Of a DNA stretch of 50,775 nucleotides, positions 37,629-49,700 are shown in pieces. The DNA is from Hydrurus foetidus (Eukaryota). The translations under genes were made by a program, and so were the position numbers. The stretch covers positions 1 to 50,775 of the forward strand of contig UYFQ01000833.1 of assembly GCA_900617105.1 (NCBI GenBank), written 5' to 3'. Below the pieces are notes generated by a model. It was not told where the DNA came from, did not search any database, and worked only from the letters and a program-made list of their open reading frames with translations. Position 1 is the stretch's first letter. Each line of letters begins with the position of its first letter.

Positions 37629-38298
37629 GAGTAGTACCGCGATTAGAATCGCGTTGAATGCTTGGACAATTAGATAATGAGATACGATATTAATTTTACC
37701 GCCAGGTAAGTTGGTTGATGACTCAGTGAGGGTGGCTGGGGCATTGTCGAAGGCCCAAGTTTGCCGCCGCCGGTGGGAATGCTATCGGCGACAATGATGG
37801 AGGAGCAATAGTTTCTTGAGGCTGTGGACTCTCTTCGCATTTGTACAAAGATGGGTTGGGCCGTGGAGGATGAGCACCAATGTTGTTCGCGACGAGAGGT
37901 ATTTCAATTTTGAGATCTAGAAGCTGGGAGCCTCACATTTTGAAAAAAGCGGTTACAGATGGGGTAGCAGAACATCAACGACCAGCCGCGAAGATTCCGC
38001 GGTGTTCTGAACGTTCTCCTGCGAGTTGTGGTGTGCTGTTGTACGATGGTGGAGAGGCGATTTCAATTCGATATCGATCAGTAATCTTAGATGGACCGAA
38101 CTTCCTTTCAAGCCTTCAATTTTTGCAGGATCCTGAAAGGAAACGGACACGAAGTGTTTTCTGGACATACGTCAGTGTTTTCCGAATTCCGATTGTTTTA
38201 AGATTTTTCAAGAAATTTAAGATGTTTTAAAGGCTCCGGCGAAGTATCGGCGAGAAACAGCAGAATCCGTGAAATCCTCACTGGCGAAAAATCGCCGC
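37629..38298. repeat. 670-bp near-identical copy of 41127-41796
   Basis: Offset 3498. ORFs 37880/41378 and 37953/41451 are duplicated. Confidence 0.95.
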
Positions 38299-40084
38299 AC
38301 AGAGTATGTGAGTTCCACAGTTTAGCATCTTACTTAGTAGTAGGAGGTGGTGGTCGACATTTGTCATCTAGAACAGCTGCATCATCACAATGGGTATTCC
38401 CCAGCTTGTCCAATATCAACGCGGCATCAGCTATAACAGCTATGTTAAAGGAACTGGCACATAGAGTTGATGCGCTGCACCCCGATGTGTCTGCAACGGA
38501 TATTCGTGTGGGAAGCTGCAACGACATAGTCAATGCGGAAGGTGAGCGATAGATTTTCGAAGCGTTCTAAGCAAGTCAACCTCATTTGCTCGACACTTAA
38601 CTTTGAAGGTGGGGGTTTCGAAGTATCCGTAGCGCGAGGAGGGTGGAAGACGAAAGGAGAATCTCTGTGTGCCTCGTTCGAATATTTCATGAACACGACC
38701 TTTGCAATCAGCACAGGTGGCCGGATCCTGTCCGGGTACACCAATCCCCGTGCGCCATGCTTTCCGCCAAGATTAGAAGTCTTTGTAACAGATGAAAATC
38801 GAGATAAAGTCGCGAAAATGGTGGCGAATCTATTCAATCAAACCTTCGAGATATCATCGTCTCCTTCTTTGGGGAACTTTGCTAAGTCCTTGTTCACCTG
38901 TCTCGTCCAGCATCACGAAGCCATGCAGCACTCTCATGGAATGGATCACATTATTGTCAGAAATGTGATTGCGAGTGCTCAAAAATTTGGAGTTACCATG
39001 ACAGAGTTGTCTGATTGGGGTAACTTGGTTAGAGATGACTTTATCATGCGAAATGCCTCTAGACATTCGAGCGGTAACAGCACCATGGACTATCAGGTCC
39101 ATTTCAATACGGTGAGTGCAAAGCACCGAGTCAATGAATTGCATCTAATCTAAATTACTACAAAGTGAGGCACTGACTATCTTCATGAATATAACGCCAG
39201 GCATTGCAAAGAGAGATTATGAGTCTTAGGGCTGAAAACCTCAAAATGCAGAACGAGCAAAAAATACAGAACGAGATGCTGAAAGAAGTATTGCTACTGC
39301 TGCGAAAGAATGAAGTGATGCAGTTATCTCAATCTCCTCAACCAAGAAAAAGCTCGTCCAAATTACCGGTAAAACATTCTGTCTTCTCATATCACAGATT
39401 CCCGAATCTGAATAAACTAAAACAGTACACATCAACTTGCACATTTCTAGAGGGAGACTTCAGACGCAACTTCACCTGTTAAAGCCCCGGATGATCTAGT
39501 GAAAGTTTCGAACATTTCAAATCTACTGGTTAGGTCAGGCAAAGGATATGAGATATCCAAGATAAGTAACCTCGGGATAGGTACCCTATTCTGTGATTTC
39601 TACGAGTATAATCTCAAAGACAACTCATCCTGGGTGAGATTAAGTAGAGAGGTCTCAAGGAGCAAGAACGTCTTTGCGTACATGATCGGCCATGCGAGTG
39701 AGGGCGAGCTGGCGTTCCTCAACGGCAAACAGCCGTCAAAGGACAGGGTGGGAGACCAGTGGACCAAATGGCACAGTCAGCTCAAAGCTATTGGTCGCAG
39801 TATATCGACAGTCACCATGGCTGCACTGCTGAATGAGGAACTGAAATATTTTGGAGAGAAATCTAATAAATCAAAAGCTGGTGCAAAAGTGACTGCGACT
39901 GTATCTGCAGTCGACAAAAGAATTACAAATTTAAAAGCAGCGAAGGCGGAAGAGAGCAATAAGAATCACAAGCATGTGATGGTACAGGCTACTGCACGGC
40001 CGTATTTTGCGCTCCAGTATCCCGTATCTTCTAGTTCGGATCAGCTTTCCGAATCTCGATCGGCTGCCATGGGCAGCTGCAGCA

Positions 40085-40146
<62 letters not shown>

Positions 40147-40248
40147 TCTTCCTCCTCTGAAGTACTCGCTAGCAGCAGCACCTTGATGACTGCACAACAT
40201 CGAAAATCAGCTGTTCAATCTTCCCCGTTGAAGAAGGCGCGACTCTAA
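38299..40248 (+). pseudogene. Tyrosine recombinase, copy 2 (5'-truncated, with full C-terminus and poly-Ser tail)
   Basis: 38299-39551 repeats 36373-37625 (offset 1926) with a few substitutions, then continues as ORF 39499..40248. Confidence 0.8.
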
Positions 40249-40474
40249 GTCAGCACTGTTATTGCCTCGCACGACCTGATCATCGATTTTTGATTTATGC
40301 TAATTGGCTCCCCCTTATATAAGAACTTGATGTTTACTTAGTATACTTAGATATCAGAGAAGACTATAATTAAACAGGTTGACTAGACTGTACGAATTTA
40401 TTGCGTAAATGAGCCGTCCACTCTGTGATTCATTCTTGCGGCTCGCTATTTGAATTGCGCCAGAATCCGCAGAG

Positions 40475-41285
40475 GAGAAGCTGTGGTTTGGTCTGCATCG
40501 CACCCGAATACATGCTGCATAAGGTGCTCCAGCACTGATGCAGTAGTTGCTATGCTACTCGAGAGGTTGTATCCATTGCGTAGTACCGCGATTAGAATCG
40601 CGTTGAATGAGATCAGGTCAGTTGTCGAATAGAAGACGTGCAAAAGAGAAGCTGTGGTTCGGTCTGCATCGCACCTGAATACATGCTGCATAAGGTGCTC
40701 CAGCACTGATGCAGTAGTTGCTATGCTACTCGAAAGACTGTATCCATTGAGTAGTACCGCGATTAGAATCGCGTTGAATGCTTGGACAATTAGATAATGA
40801 GATGCGATATTAATTTTACCGCCAGGTAAGTTGGTTGATGACACAGTGAAAGTGGCTGGGGCATGGTCAAGTTTGCCGCCGCCGGTGGGAATGCTATCTG
40901 CGATAGTTGCTATGCTACTCGAAAGACTGTATCCATTGAGTAGTACCGCGATTAGAATCGCGTTGAATGCTTGGACAATTAGATAATGAGATGCGATATT
41001 AATTTTGCCGCCAGGTAAGTTGGTTGATGACACAGTGAAAGTGGCTGGGGCATGGTCAAGTTTGCCGCCGCCGGTGGGAATGCTATCTGCGATAGTTGCT
41101 ATGCTACTCGAAAGACTGTATCCATTGAGTAGTACCGCGATTAGAATCGCGTTGAATGCTTGGACAATTAGATAATGAGATACGATATTAATTTTACCGC
41201 CAGGTAAGTTGGTTGATGACACAGTGAGGGTGGCTGGGGCATTGTCGAAGGCCCAAGTTTGCCGCCGCCGGTGGGAATGCTATCG
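40475..41285. repeat. Composite tandem array: ~63-bp core x4 (periods 171, 189, 189 bp), each with palindrome CGCGATTagAATCGCG
   Basis: Cores start at 40546, 40717, 40906 and 41095; palindromes at 40587, 40758, 40947 and 41136. Confidence 0.92.
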
Positions 41286-41822
41286 GCGACAATGATGGAG
41301 GAGCAATAGTTTCTTGAGGCTGTGGACTCTCTTCGCATTTGTACAAAGATGGGTTGGGCCGTGGAGGATGAGCACCAATGTTGTTCGCGACGAGAGGTAT
41401 TTCAATTTTGAGATCTAGAAGCTGGGAGCCTCACATTTTGAAAAAAGCGGTTACAGATGGGGTAGCAGAACATCAACGACCAGCCGCGAAGATTCCGCGG
41501 TGTTCTGAACGTTCTCCTGCGAGTTGTGGTGTGCTGTTGTACGATGGTGGAGAGGCGATTTCAATTCGATATCGATCAGTAATCTTAGATGGACCGAACT
41601 TCCTTTCAAGCCTTCAATTTTTGCAGGATCCTGAAAGGAAACGGACACGAAGTGTTTTCTGGACATACGTCAGTGTTTTCCGAATTCCGATTGTTTTAAG
41701 ATTTTTCAAGAAATTTAAGATATTTTAAAGGCTCCGGCGAAGTATCGGCGAGAAACAGCAGAATCCGTGAAATCCTCACTGGCGAAAAATCGCCGCGTTG
41801 CGGCGATTAATTAGTATTTTCT

Positions 41823-41910
41823 GAGGAGGAGGAGGAGGAGGGAGGAGGAGGAGGAGGATGAGGAGGGAGGAGGAGGAGGAGGAGGAGGAGGAGGAGGAGG
41901 AGGAGGAGAG
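41823..41910. repeat. (GAG)n microsatellite
   Basis: Direct reading of the sequence. Confidence 0.9.
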
Positions 41911-42032
41911 TGGGTTGTGGGAAGAGGGGAGTGCGTCAATTTCTCAATATTCCTGCACTTTCCTTAAATAAATCCGGTGTGTGACGATTCTATGACAAGA
42001 CATTGTGAAGACTCCCTCGTATAACTCACAAC

Positions 42033-42184
42033 TAGGGATTGTGGCTAGCCGCTTCTTTCGATATTAGCCGGGCTACCCGGCAAAAAATGAGAAGTCAGCC
42101 CGTTTAGGTAGCCCAGCCCGAGGTGCTAGCCTAGCCGATAGCCCAACATTTGAAGGAATAAGCATAGCCCAATATCTAACCCTA
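42033..42184. mobile_element. Possible hAT-type MITE
   Basis: TAGGG...CCCTA ends and repeated internal TAGCC motifs. No 8-bp TSD. Confidence 0.35.
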
Positions 42185-43347
42185 CTACCGGAATTGCTCC
42201 AATAAAAACGAAAGGGTCAAAAAATCTATCTTAAACTACACATAATGACACTCACTGGTGCGTAGCTCTATGGATTAGCGTTAGTGTCCCTGTCGTAAGG
42301 CTATTATTTCAATATCAACTACGAACTTAGTATCCATTTTGCTTTTTATATCCTCGTAAGTGTCTTAATTGTCACCGACACATATCAAACAGGAAGCATT
42401 CTCACTGTCCAGCCTTGAACGTAATTTTAAAATAGTGAGACCTGTGACTGCCTGAAGGAGCTGATGCGGCAAGGAGGCAAAGATTCTTGCGTGCTATTTT
42501 ACACAACATATGAAATTTAAGTAAGTGATGCTTCCAACACTTTAGGAGATCGGTGAAATCACCTCTCTTGCCATCCTTTTGTATTTCTCTCATGTTGATT
42601 CCCTGCATTTCTCTGATTTCGTGTAACTCCTCTTTTGCTTAGCTCTTTTTGGAATCAAATGTTTCAATGTGCTCTGCGTGATGTGCATATGTGAATTGTC
42701 AACCTCGATTGAGAGTCAGATCGCGATCGATCGATCGCTTGACGATCGGGATCTTGGATTCGATTCCAACAATCAGGAATTTTTAATTAATTATCCCCGA
42801 TTCAGAATTAGGTCCACGGTCCTCTAAGCTCAAGGGAGACTGGACAATCTCTCAAAGGACGGAGACAAAAAAAATCTGTCACACCGAACTAGCCGATTTT
42901 GTTCTCCACTTCAGCCTAAAGGTATGGAAGCCAAGCTATCCGTATCCAAACATGTTTTGAAAGATATTTTTGAATCTAGAACTCGACTCAGTTGAAGACA
43001 ACAGCGTTGCAACTACTTTTACATGTCTTCGATATTCCGTAGTTGTTGTCAGAAACAACTGTAGATTAAGATACCGACGAGTCCAATTCTTTTGTTCAGC
43101 CGGTTGAAATAGGTTCGTTCTGACCACCAACACACCTGTATGACAATATGCAAACTGTAGACAGAGAGTCAAATATCTCATGGAAGGCGCCAAGAGCAAC
43201 GTTGATCGATCTGGAGAGAATGAACTCTGTACTTTTGCTGAACTCTGTACTTTTGCTCTCTGATCGCAAATATCACAGTTGAGGTCGTTGGGTTTGGCAA
43301 ATACTCATCTCATAAGGTGAGCACTTTCCTTCGTCTCTCGAGGAAAT

Positions 43348-44840
43348 TGTGGTCGCACCGGGTATACCGGTTCTACGGGCTGTACCGGACCTTGTCCCAA
43401 TCCTACCGCCTAGTGTACACATACATCCCTAGCACAGCACTAGCTAGCTGCAGCCTTCTCGTAGAAATTATCCTAGCTTCTAGCGTAGTCTGTAACTAAC
43501 TACCGCCTACCATTCTATCGACCTCCTCTTCCATCCGGACTAGAATAGCGCCATTCGTCCAATCTTTTCTCTTCTACCTCTCCGTCCCTTGTTACATTCT
43601 TACTTCATGTTCCATCACACGTACGTACATCCACAACACACGCACTTGTAGCCACTAGTTTACCGGTCAAGCTTTCGGTTTCTGACTGTTCAACAACTTC
43701 AACTCGAGACGCACTTCATCGTAGCTAATCTCACACTTTTTCACATCTTATTAATTACCGTTACTACAAACCAAAACCAACTTCGACTCCTTTGATTCAG
43801 CCAAATCCTTTGTTCAGTCCAATCCGTCTGACTTGATCTCCAGTTGCGCTAATCTGCCTAACTGGACAATCAACATTTTGTCTTCGACCAGTTCATCGAC
43901 GCCGCGATCCAGCATAAATATGTATTTCTAGTATACGCGAGACAACGTTTGAAACATCGACTCCTCTCAATTGATTTATTCACTATCCACCAGAAAATTG
44001 TGATCGCTCTGGCTCAGCGGGAATTCAGATCTCTGAGATAAGTTCAGTCTCAATCTGATAAGCCCGCAAGGCTACTTCAAAAGAATACAAGTCTGCAAAT
44101 CTCTTCTCTTTCTTTAACTATGTCGGAAGGAACGAAAGGTCAATTTCAACCTCCGAAGAAAGAAGATTAAAAAAAGGAAGATTCGAAGAAGACGATCGAG
44201 ATTTCAAAAGAAGACCCGACAGAAAATTCAATTCTGGAGCTCAAGAAAATGTTTTCCCGGTTTCTGATATCAAGCAGCGAAACTCAAGCTAACAACCGTG
44301 CGGACATTAATGAGCTGAAGGACGCAATCAAGGCAATCACCAGATGTAGCCCTCAATCTCTAATCGGCGATGAAAGCATGGACACTCCTCTTCCTGTTCG
44401 CGGAATATCTTCAATGTATTTCGGAAATTCCATCGACCCCACAGATCTCAGATAAGCTTCTCATCGACACGCCATTTCGATCAAACATACAAGTGCTTCA
44501 AGCCGACATTGTATACACCAAAGTACTCATAGTCAGTTCTTTCGAAGGACTTCAGTATTTGGCTCAATAACTTCGACCGTTGTCTTCCAAATAGCCCGGT
44601 CGCGGAATCAAAATGGCCCACATGGTTCCCTACAATCTCCGTCCACACGTCATAGCCTTATGGAACTCTCATTGTTATCGAGAATCTCTCATAACTGGCC
44701 TTGAATCCAACGAAGTTATGGTAGAAGATTGGCTATCTTTATCTAATTCAGAGGTTCAAGCTATACTGGTGCAGGCTGCGAGACCACGCACAAAAGAACT
44801 TTAGTCCAATGAACTCACATTATTCCTCGGCAAAGGCTGG
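43348..44840 (+). mobile_element. Degenerate Gypsy 5' LTR and gag-like relic
   Basis: Starts TGTGGTCGCACCGGGT. Shares CGTAGAA..CCTAGCTTCTAGC..TGTAACTAACTACC..AATAGCGC with the LTR starting at 3445. Broken ORFs follow at 44249-44804. Confidence 0.6.
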
Positions 44841-45040
44841 GATTGCGAAGAAATGTCAGAAACGCTGTCCCATTAGCAGAGACTGTTGAACTATTGAGAG
44901 TAGGAGCTACTGTAACAAAAGTGCGACTAGGAAAACGTGGTGCAGCAGCCATATCGATCGTTTGTCCGACGACTCAGAAGAACTTGTTCAAGCTATGCAG
45001 AATAATCAAGGTGAAACCATAAATTTTAACTGACACGAGA

Positions 45041-45925
45041 TTGAGAGCCTGCCGCTGCCCTAGAATACCTTACATAAGGGGCTGTGTTTGCATGGCATAT
45101 TCCTCTAGCTTACGCGCTGAGCAGAAATGGAATGCAGATGCAACTACTATAGTCGTAGGCGAGACGGGAACGCGATCATACGTCTGCGTGATCAAAGACG
45201 ATGACAATACAGATCCGGTGTCATCCCCAACACTTCTAGACAATCTGAATCTCTTGGTCAAATGGGTTGCTCTGAACAATGCAGGAGGGGAGACGGGACC
45301 TCTTGTGTTGATGTTCTCAGCCCCCTCCATGGAAGAGGATACCTTCTTCGCAACACAAGTCCTGTGCATGGGATCAACATCTGCAATCGGTGAGAAAGGA
45401 GGTTGGGTGTACTTCGCAAGGACTAGAGGAGGATGGTCTACGATGTGGGTTCACTACTATCTAAACATTACTGTTCCAATGACACAACTCTCAAATGATT
45501 GTCACAAACATAAGGTATGCTGAACTCAAGGAATCAATTACTTACAACATTCAAACATGATGTAACATGACAAATCTAATAATATGGATGACAATTTGCA
45601 GAACTTTGATGGCTCTCTTATGAGAAATTTTTACAGCCAGGATGGTGAGGCTGAGATCCTTATCCCAGCGATGACCGAGGTCGTTCAAGATGCGTTCCAG
45701 CAGGCTTACATAGACTTCGTCAAAGGCCCTCCGTCTGCCACAGGAATCCACCAGGCCAACGATCGCAACATTGCCTTTCGAGATACAAAAGCGGGCATGG
45801 CAAAAGTAACTAGATGTGGAACAGACTGTACTAACCCTACACTTGATGCAAATGTAAGAAAGGCAATTTATGAACTCAAACAACAATATCTGTCAGCTTA
45901 TATCAGCGATAAGTGCTATTTATAG
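45041..45925 (+). pseudogene. pogo/Tc1-mariner-type DDD transposase fragment with intron 45515-45601
   Basis: Motifs WNADAT...SQDGE...KGPPSATGIHQANDRNIAFRDTK resemble the DDE_1 pattern WNxDET / DG / PPxxTxxxQPxDxxxFxxxK. The intron fuses two ORFs in frame. Confidence 0.7.
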
Positions 45926-45953
45926 CTGTATATAGCCGTTATAATCATCAATA

Positions 45954-46521
45954 TGTAGCTAGGAATATCTCATACGTAAGTACATATATGCAGTTAGTAA
46001 CTACATACAATGATCACTTTAAGTCGCTTCCTCAATGCTTATCGTATCATGTATAGTGTCATTGTTGTGGGTTCATGACCGCATATTTATGGTATGAGGG
46101 TACGAGAACTTTTCCATGTGTGATGTATGGTTTGAAGTATATCTCGTCGCTCGTCAACGTAGGCTTAAATCTACGAGTTCAAATTCAAATCTGAAATGGA
46201 TGACGAATGAGATCATATTGACTTGCGGCAGGTAGAATGATGTTCATCATGCAACTATGGTCGTTGGTGACCAAAGGACATTGGACGAGGACGATGAACG
46301 AGGACGGAAGCGGAAACGAAGACGTAGGCGAAGGTGGAAGAGTATTCTTATAGTTTACAGCGAGAAACAAGCAGTAGTATCTACAGTGATGTGTACTCGC
46401 GTGGAAACGAAAAGAAAAGAAAACTGTACCGGACTTTGGGTCCGTTCTAGAATCTACAGTACAGGTATAGTATACAGTCACAGTGTATCCGTACATGCAG
46501 TACAGATACAGTGAGGCTACA
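45954..46521 (-). repeat. 3' LTR (568 bp) of the chromodomain Gypsy element
   Basis: TGTAGC...GCTACA inverted termini, immediately after the polypurine tract. Confidence 0.82.
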
Positions 46522-46547
46522 CTACCCCTTCTTCCCTTTTCTTTTCC
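46522..46547 (-). promoter_or_regulatory. Polypurine tract
   Basis: GGAAAAGAAAAGGGAAGAAGGGGTAG directly abuts the LTR TG. Confidence 0.85.
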
Positions 46548-46728
46548 AATGAACTCTACTAATATTTGTATGAGAGTGGGAAAGAAAGACGAAACAAAAC
46601 ACATTTTGAAAAAAATGAGAAACTTCGAAAACGATGATGTCAGACTCTTACTGACTAAATTCCTCCAAAAAAAGAATATAAAAAAATAGGAGGTAAATTC
46701 TTCATGAATAACGTTTCGAGTGAAGAAA

Positions 46729-49700
46729 TCAACGGTGTTGTTTATTGATTAGTTTTGTCAAATTATTTTGACGCAAATAATCATGAAGTTTATCAACATC
46801 ACGAAGATTGGAGTAAGGCTCCCAAGTGTTTTTATCAGAAGGGTAATTTAACCATTTGACTAAAAACTCAATCTTGGAGCGTTGATGAGGTCCACGGTGA
46901 TCAAGGATGTCTTCTACGAAGTATTCCATATGGTCACGACGCGCGACATCAACAGGATTTGTAATCGCTGGATCATACAGAAACGGTTTCATGGCAGATA
47001 CATGATATACCGCTGTTTTTTGTGTGATCAAATCGTATAGAGTGTAACGAGAATTTTCGCCACTGACGACTTTTAATGGACCTCTCCAATGCGTATGAAG
47101 ACGTGTTGGAGGTGATCCATCGCGATAATGTACAAGAACATATGAGTCGCGAGGGTACTCAATATGCTGAGAGATCTGAGATTGGTTTTGATGAAGTAAA
47201 TCTGTACGAAGAAGTTCTTTGGCCGAAGCTTTGAGAAGACTATCTTGTATTTTTAATAGATTGCTCATACGTGCTGACAAAGGTTTGTCATTAATAACAA
47301 GTCTCTCAGATGGAGGAAGAAATATTCCTCTGTCTAATTTGAGTATATTGCCGAAAAGCAATTGAGATGCAGAGATTTTTAAACGATCACTGTGATTAGA
47401 ATTTAAAATTCTTTGCACAAATGGTAGTGATGTTGAATAATCATTAAGTGTTACGTTATCGTAAGTTAAAGCACGAAGGTGTCTATTAACTTCTTTATTC
47501 ATGCGTTCAACAATGGCGTTTTCTTCTTTAGAATATGCTAATGTTAAACAATGTTGAGTGCCAATAAGAGTCAAAAACTCTTTGATAATTTCGGCAATAA
47601 AGTGTGGCCCATTATCAGAACGGAGTTGGAGAGGTGCGCCGAAACGACCGAAATGTTGCAAAAGGCATTGAGCAGTCGAAAGTGCCGAAGCATCTTTAGT
47701 ATGAAACAGCTTAACCCACCTTGTGAACGTATCGATAATTACGAGTACGTCCCCCCGTCTGGAAACGGTCCTACGAAGTCTATGTTAAGGCACTCCATAG
47801 GTGTGTAAGTAGAAGTCGAAAAGCCGTGAGCATGAATTGGGATCTTTAACATGCTCATCTTTTGACAACACGAACAGTGATCTATGAACCACCTGACATG
47901 CTGTCGTTGAAACTGCCACACCTTGTTGTTGTCTTTGAGACGCTTTAAAGTGCGCTCAAGACCAAAGTGGCCAACTTGTGAATTGTGTACATTACTTATA
48001 GTATTGTATTGTTCACGAGTCAGTTTGAATTTTCAATAATATTGGCAGACATGATTGTCTCAAGTGAATATTCTTGAGGATGGTCAATCATGTTGTTACG
48101 ACAGAGTCGAGACATCGAATCGGCTATGTCATTGTTAACACCAGAAATGAATTCAATTTTAAATGAGAATTCTGATAAAGCCATAAGCCAACGAACAATC
48201 ATTGGATTTGAATGATTTTTAATGTATAACAAGTTACGATGATCGGTGCGTAAAGTAAACATCCGATCACGTAATAGCGATTTTAAATACGTGCACGCAA
48301 AGAAAATAGCATATGCTTCTTTCTGTATAACTGCCCACCTAAGTTGAGCTTTGTTAAGCGATTTACTAACAAATGCTACGGGCGTCTCTTTTCCGTCAAC
48401 TAACTGAAAAAGATAAGCACCTACACCGTAATCCGATGCATCAGTGTGCAAGTAAATCGGATCGGTGTCACTTAAAAGTGCATTGTCGTGCATTTTGCAG
48501 TTTCAGATTTAATTAACTCAAATGCTGAGTCAGCTTCTGGTGTCCAAACTATTTTTTTAGATTTATTATAATCAACAAGCAACTGGTGTAACGGATATAG
48601 TACACTTGAAGCATTTTTGATAAAATCGTGAAAATAGTTTACCAAACCTAAAAAACTTTTAAGTTGTTTAGATATATCTGGTTTTGGAAAATCTAAAACT
48701 TGCCGTATTTTTTCTTGTGACATTTTTAGTCCTTCAGCAGAAAGGACTTTGCCAACATAATCAATTTCGGAATAGCCAAGATAACATTTATTTGGTTTAA
48801 GAAATATTTTATGTTGTCGAAAGCGTTGAAAAACAAGACGGAGTCTAAAAACTAATTCGTCAGTGTCTTTGCCGAAAACATTGCAATCATCAATGTACAT
48901 TTCGCATATAGTGTAAATCAATCCAGCTAATACAACAGTTGCCATGGTCTGTTGAAAATAAGAAGGGGCTCGTTTAGGCCCAAAGGGCAGACGAGTGAAT
49001 TGATACACGCCACAGAAAAGTATGAATGCAGTGTATGCGCGTGCTGCAAGTGTAAGCGGTGCTTGATGATATCCTTGAGTGAGATCAAGTGTAGCGAAGA
49101 CTTTAGCTTTATGAGCACCAATTCGACGTAACATTTCATTTATGTTAGGAATGGGCCATGATGCATCTTCGGTACAATCATTAAGATTTCGATAATCTAT
49201 ACACATGCGTTTGGTTCCGTCAGATTTTGGAACCATAAGCACTTGGCTGTAATAAGCCGCATTTGATTTCTCGATAATCCCTTGCTCTTCAAGTTTCGCG
49301 AGTTGACGTATAATGTCAGCTTGATTTGCAGTGGATTGAGGTCGAGGAGGTGTTCTATTACGGGAGACTTTCCATTTTACGTCATCCACGTTAAGTTCAA
49401 ACGGTGGGATATCAGCAGGGCTAGCCGGAAGCTCACTGCTAAATATATCCCTAAATTCGTTACATAGTAAACGGAGTTTATTTTTCTGATCTTCATCACC
49501 TGCTATGTGTATTAGCGAGAGTGAATCTGTATCAAGAAATTCATTAATCCATGGTGAAAAGGAGTCATTTAATGAATCATCAATTTCATCTTCATCAGGC
49601 GGCACAACTCCAAATAGTTGTTCCGACTCTTGAATTAACGAAGCTAGTATGACATGTGTTTGGGTGACTGCCGGATCTTTCATTTGGGTTAATGAAAGAT

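Larger units (their letters stand above)
35713..41812 (+). mobile_element. Tyrosine-recombinase (Crypton-like) DNA element with internal duplication, repeat array and terminal hairpin
   Basis: YR gene with no linked RT. ATTAATT direct repeats at 35713-35719 and 41806-41812. Hairpin at 41788-41808. Boundaries are inferred. Confidence 0.65.

Noticed and set aside
35727..40248. Bacterial or phage integrase contamination, or a DIRS element
   Set aside because: The gene has spliceosomal introns and no linked RT/RNase H.
40475..41285. CRISPR array
   Set aside because: Intervening modules are duplicates of 108-126 bp, there are no cas genes, and the context is eukaryotic.
41788..41815. Helitron 3' end
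   Set aside because: A hairpin is present, but it is followed by TTAG rather than CTRR, the spacing is short, and there is no Rep/helicase nearby.
43221..43257. 18-bp tandem duplication TGAACTCTGTACTTTTGC
   Set aside because: An isolated slippage event with no context.
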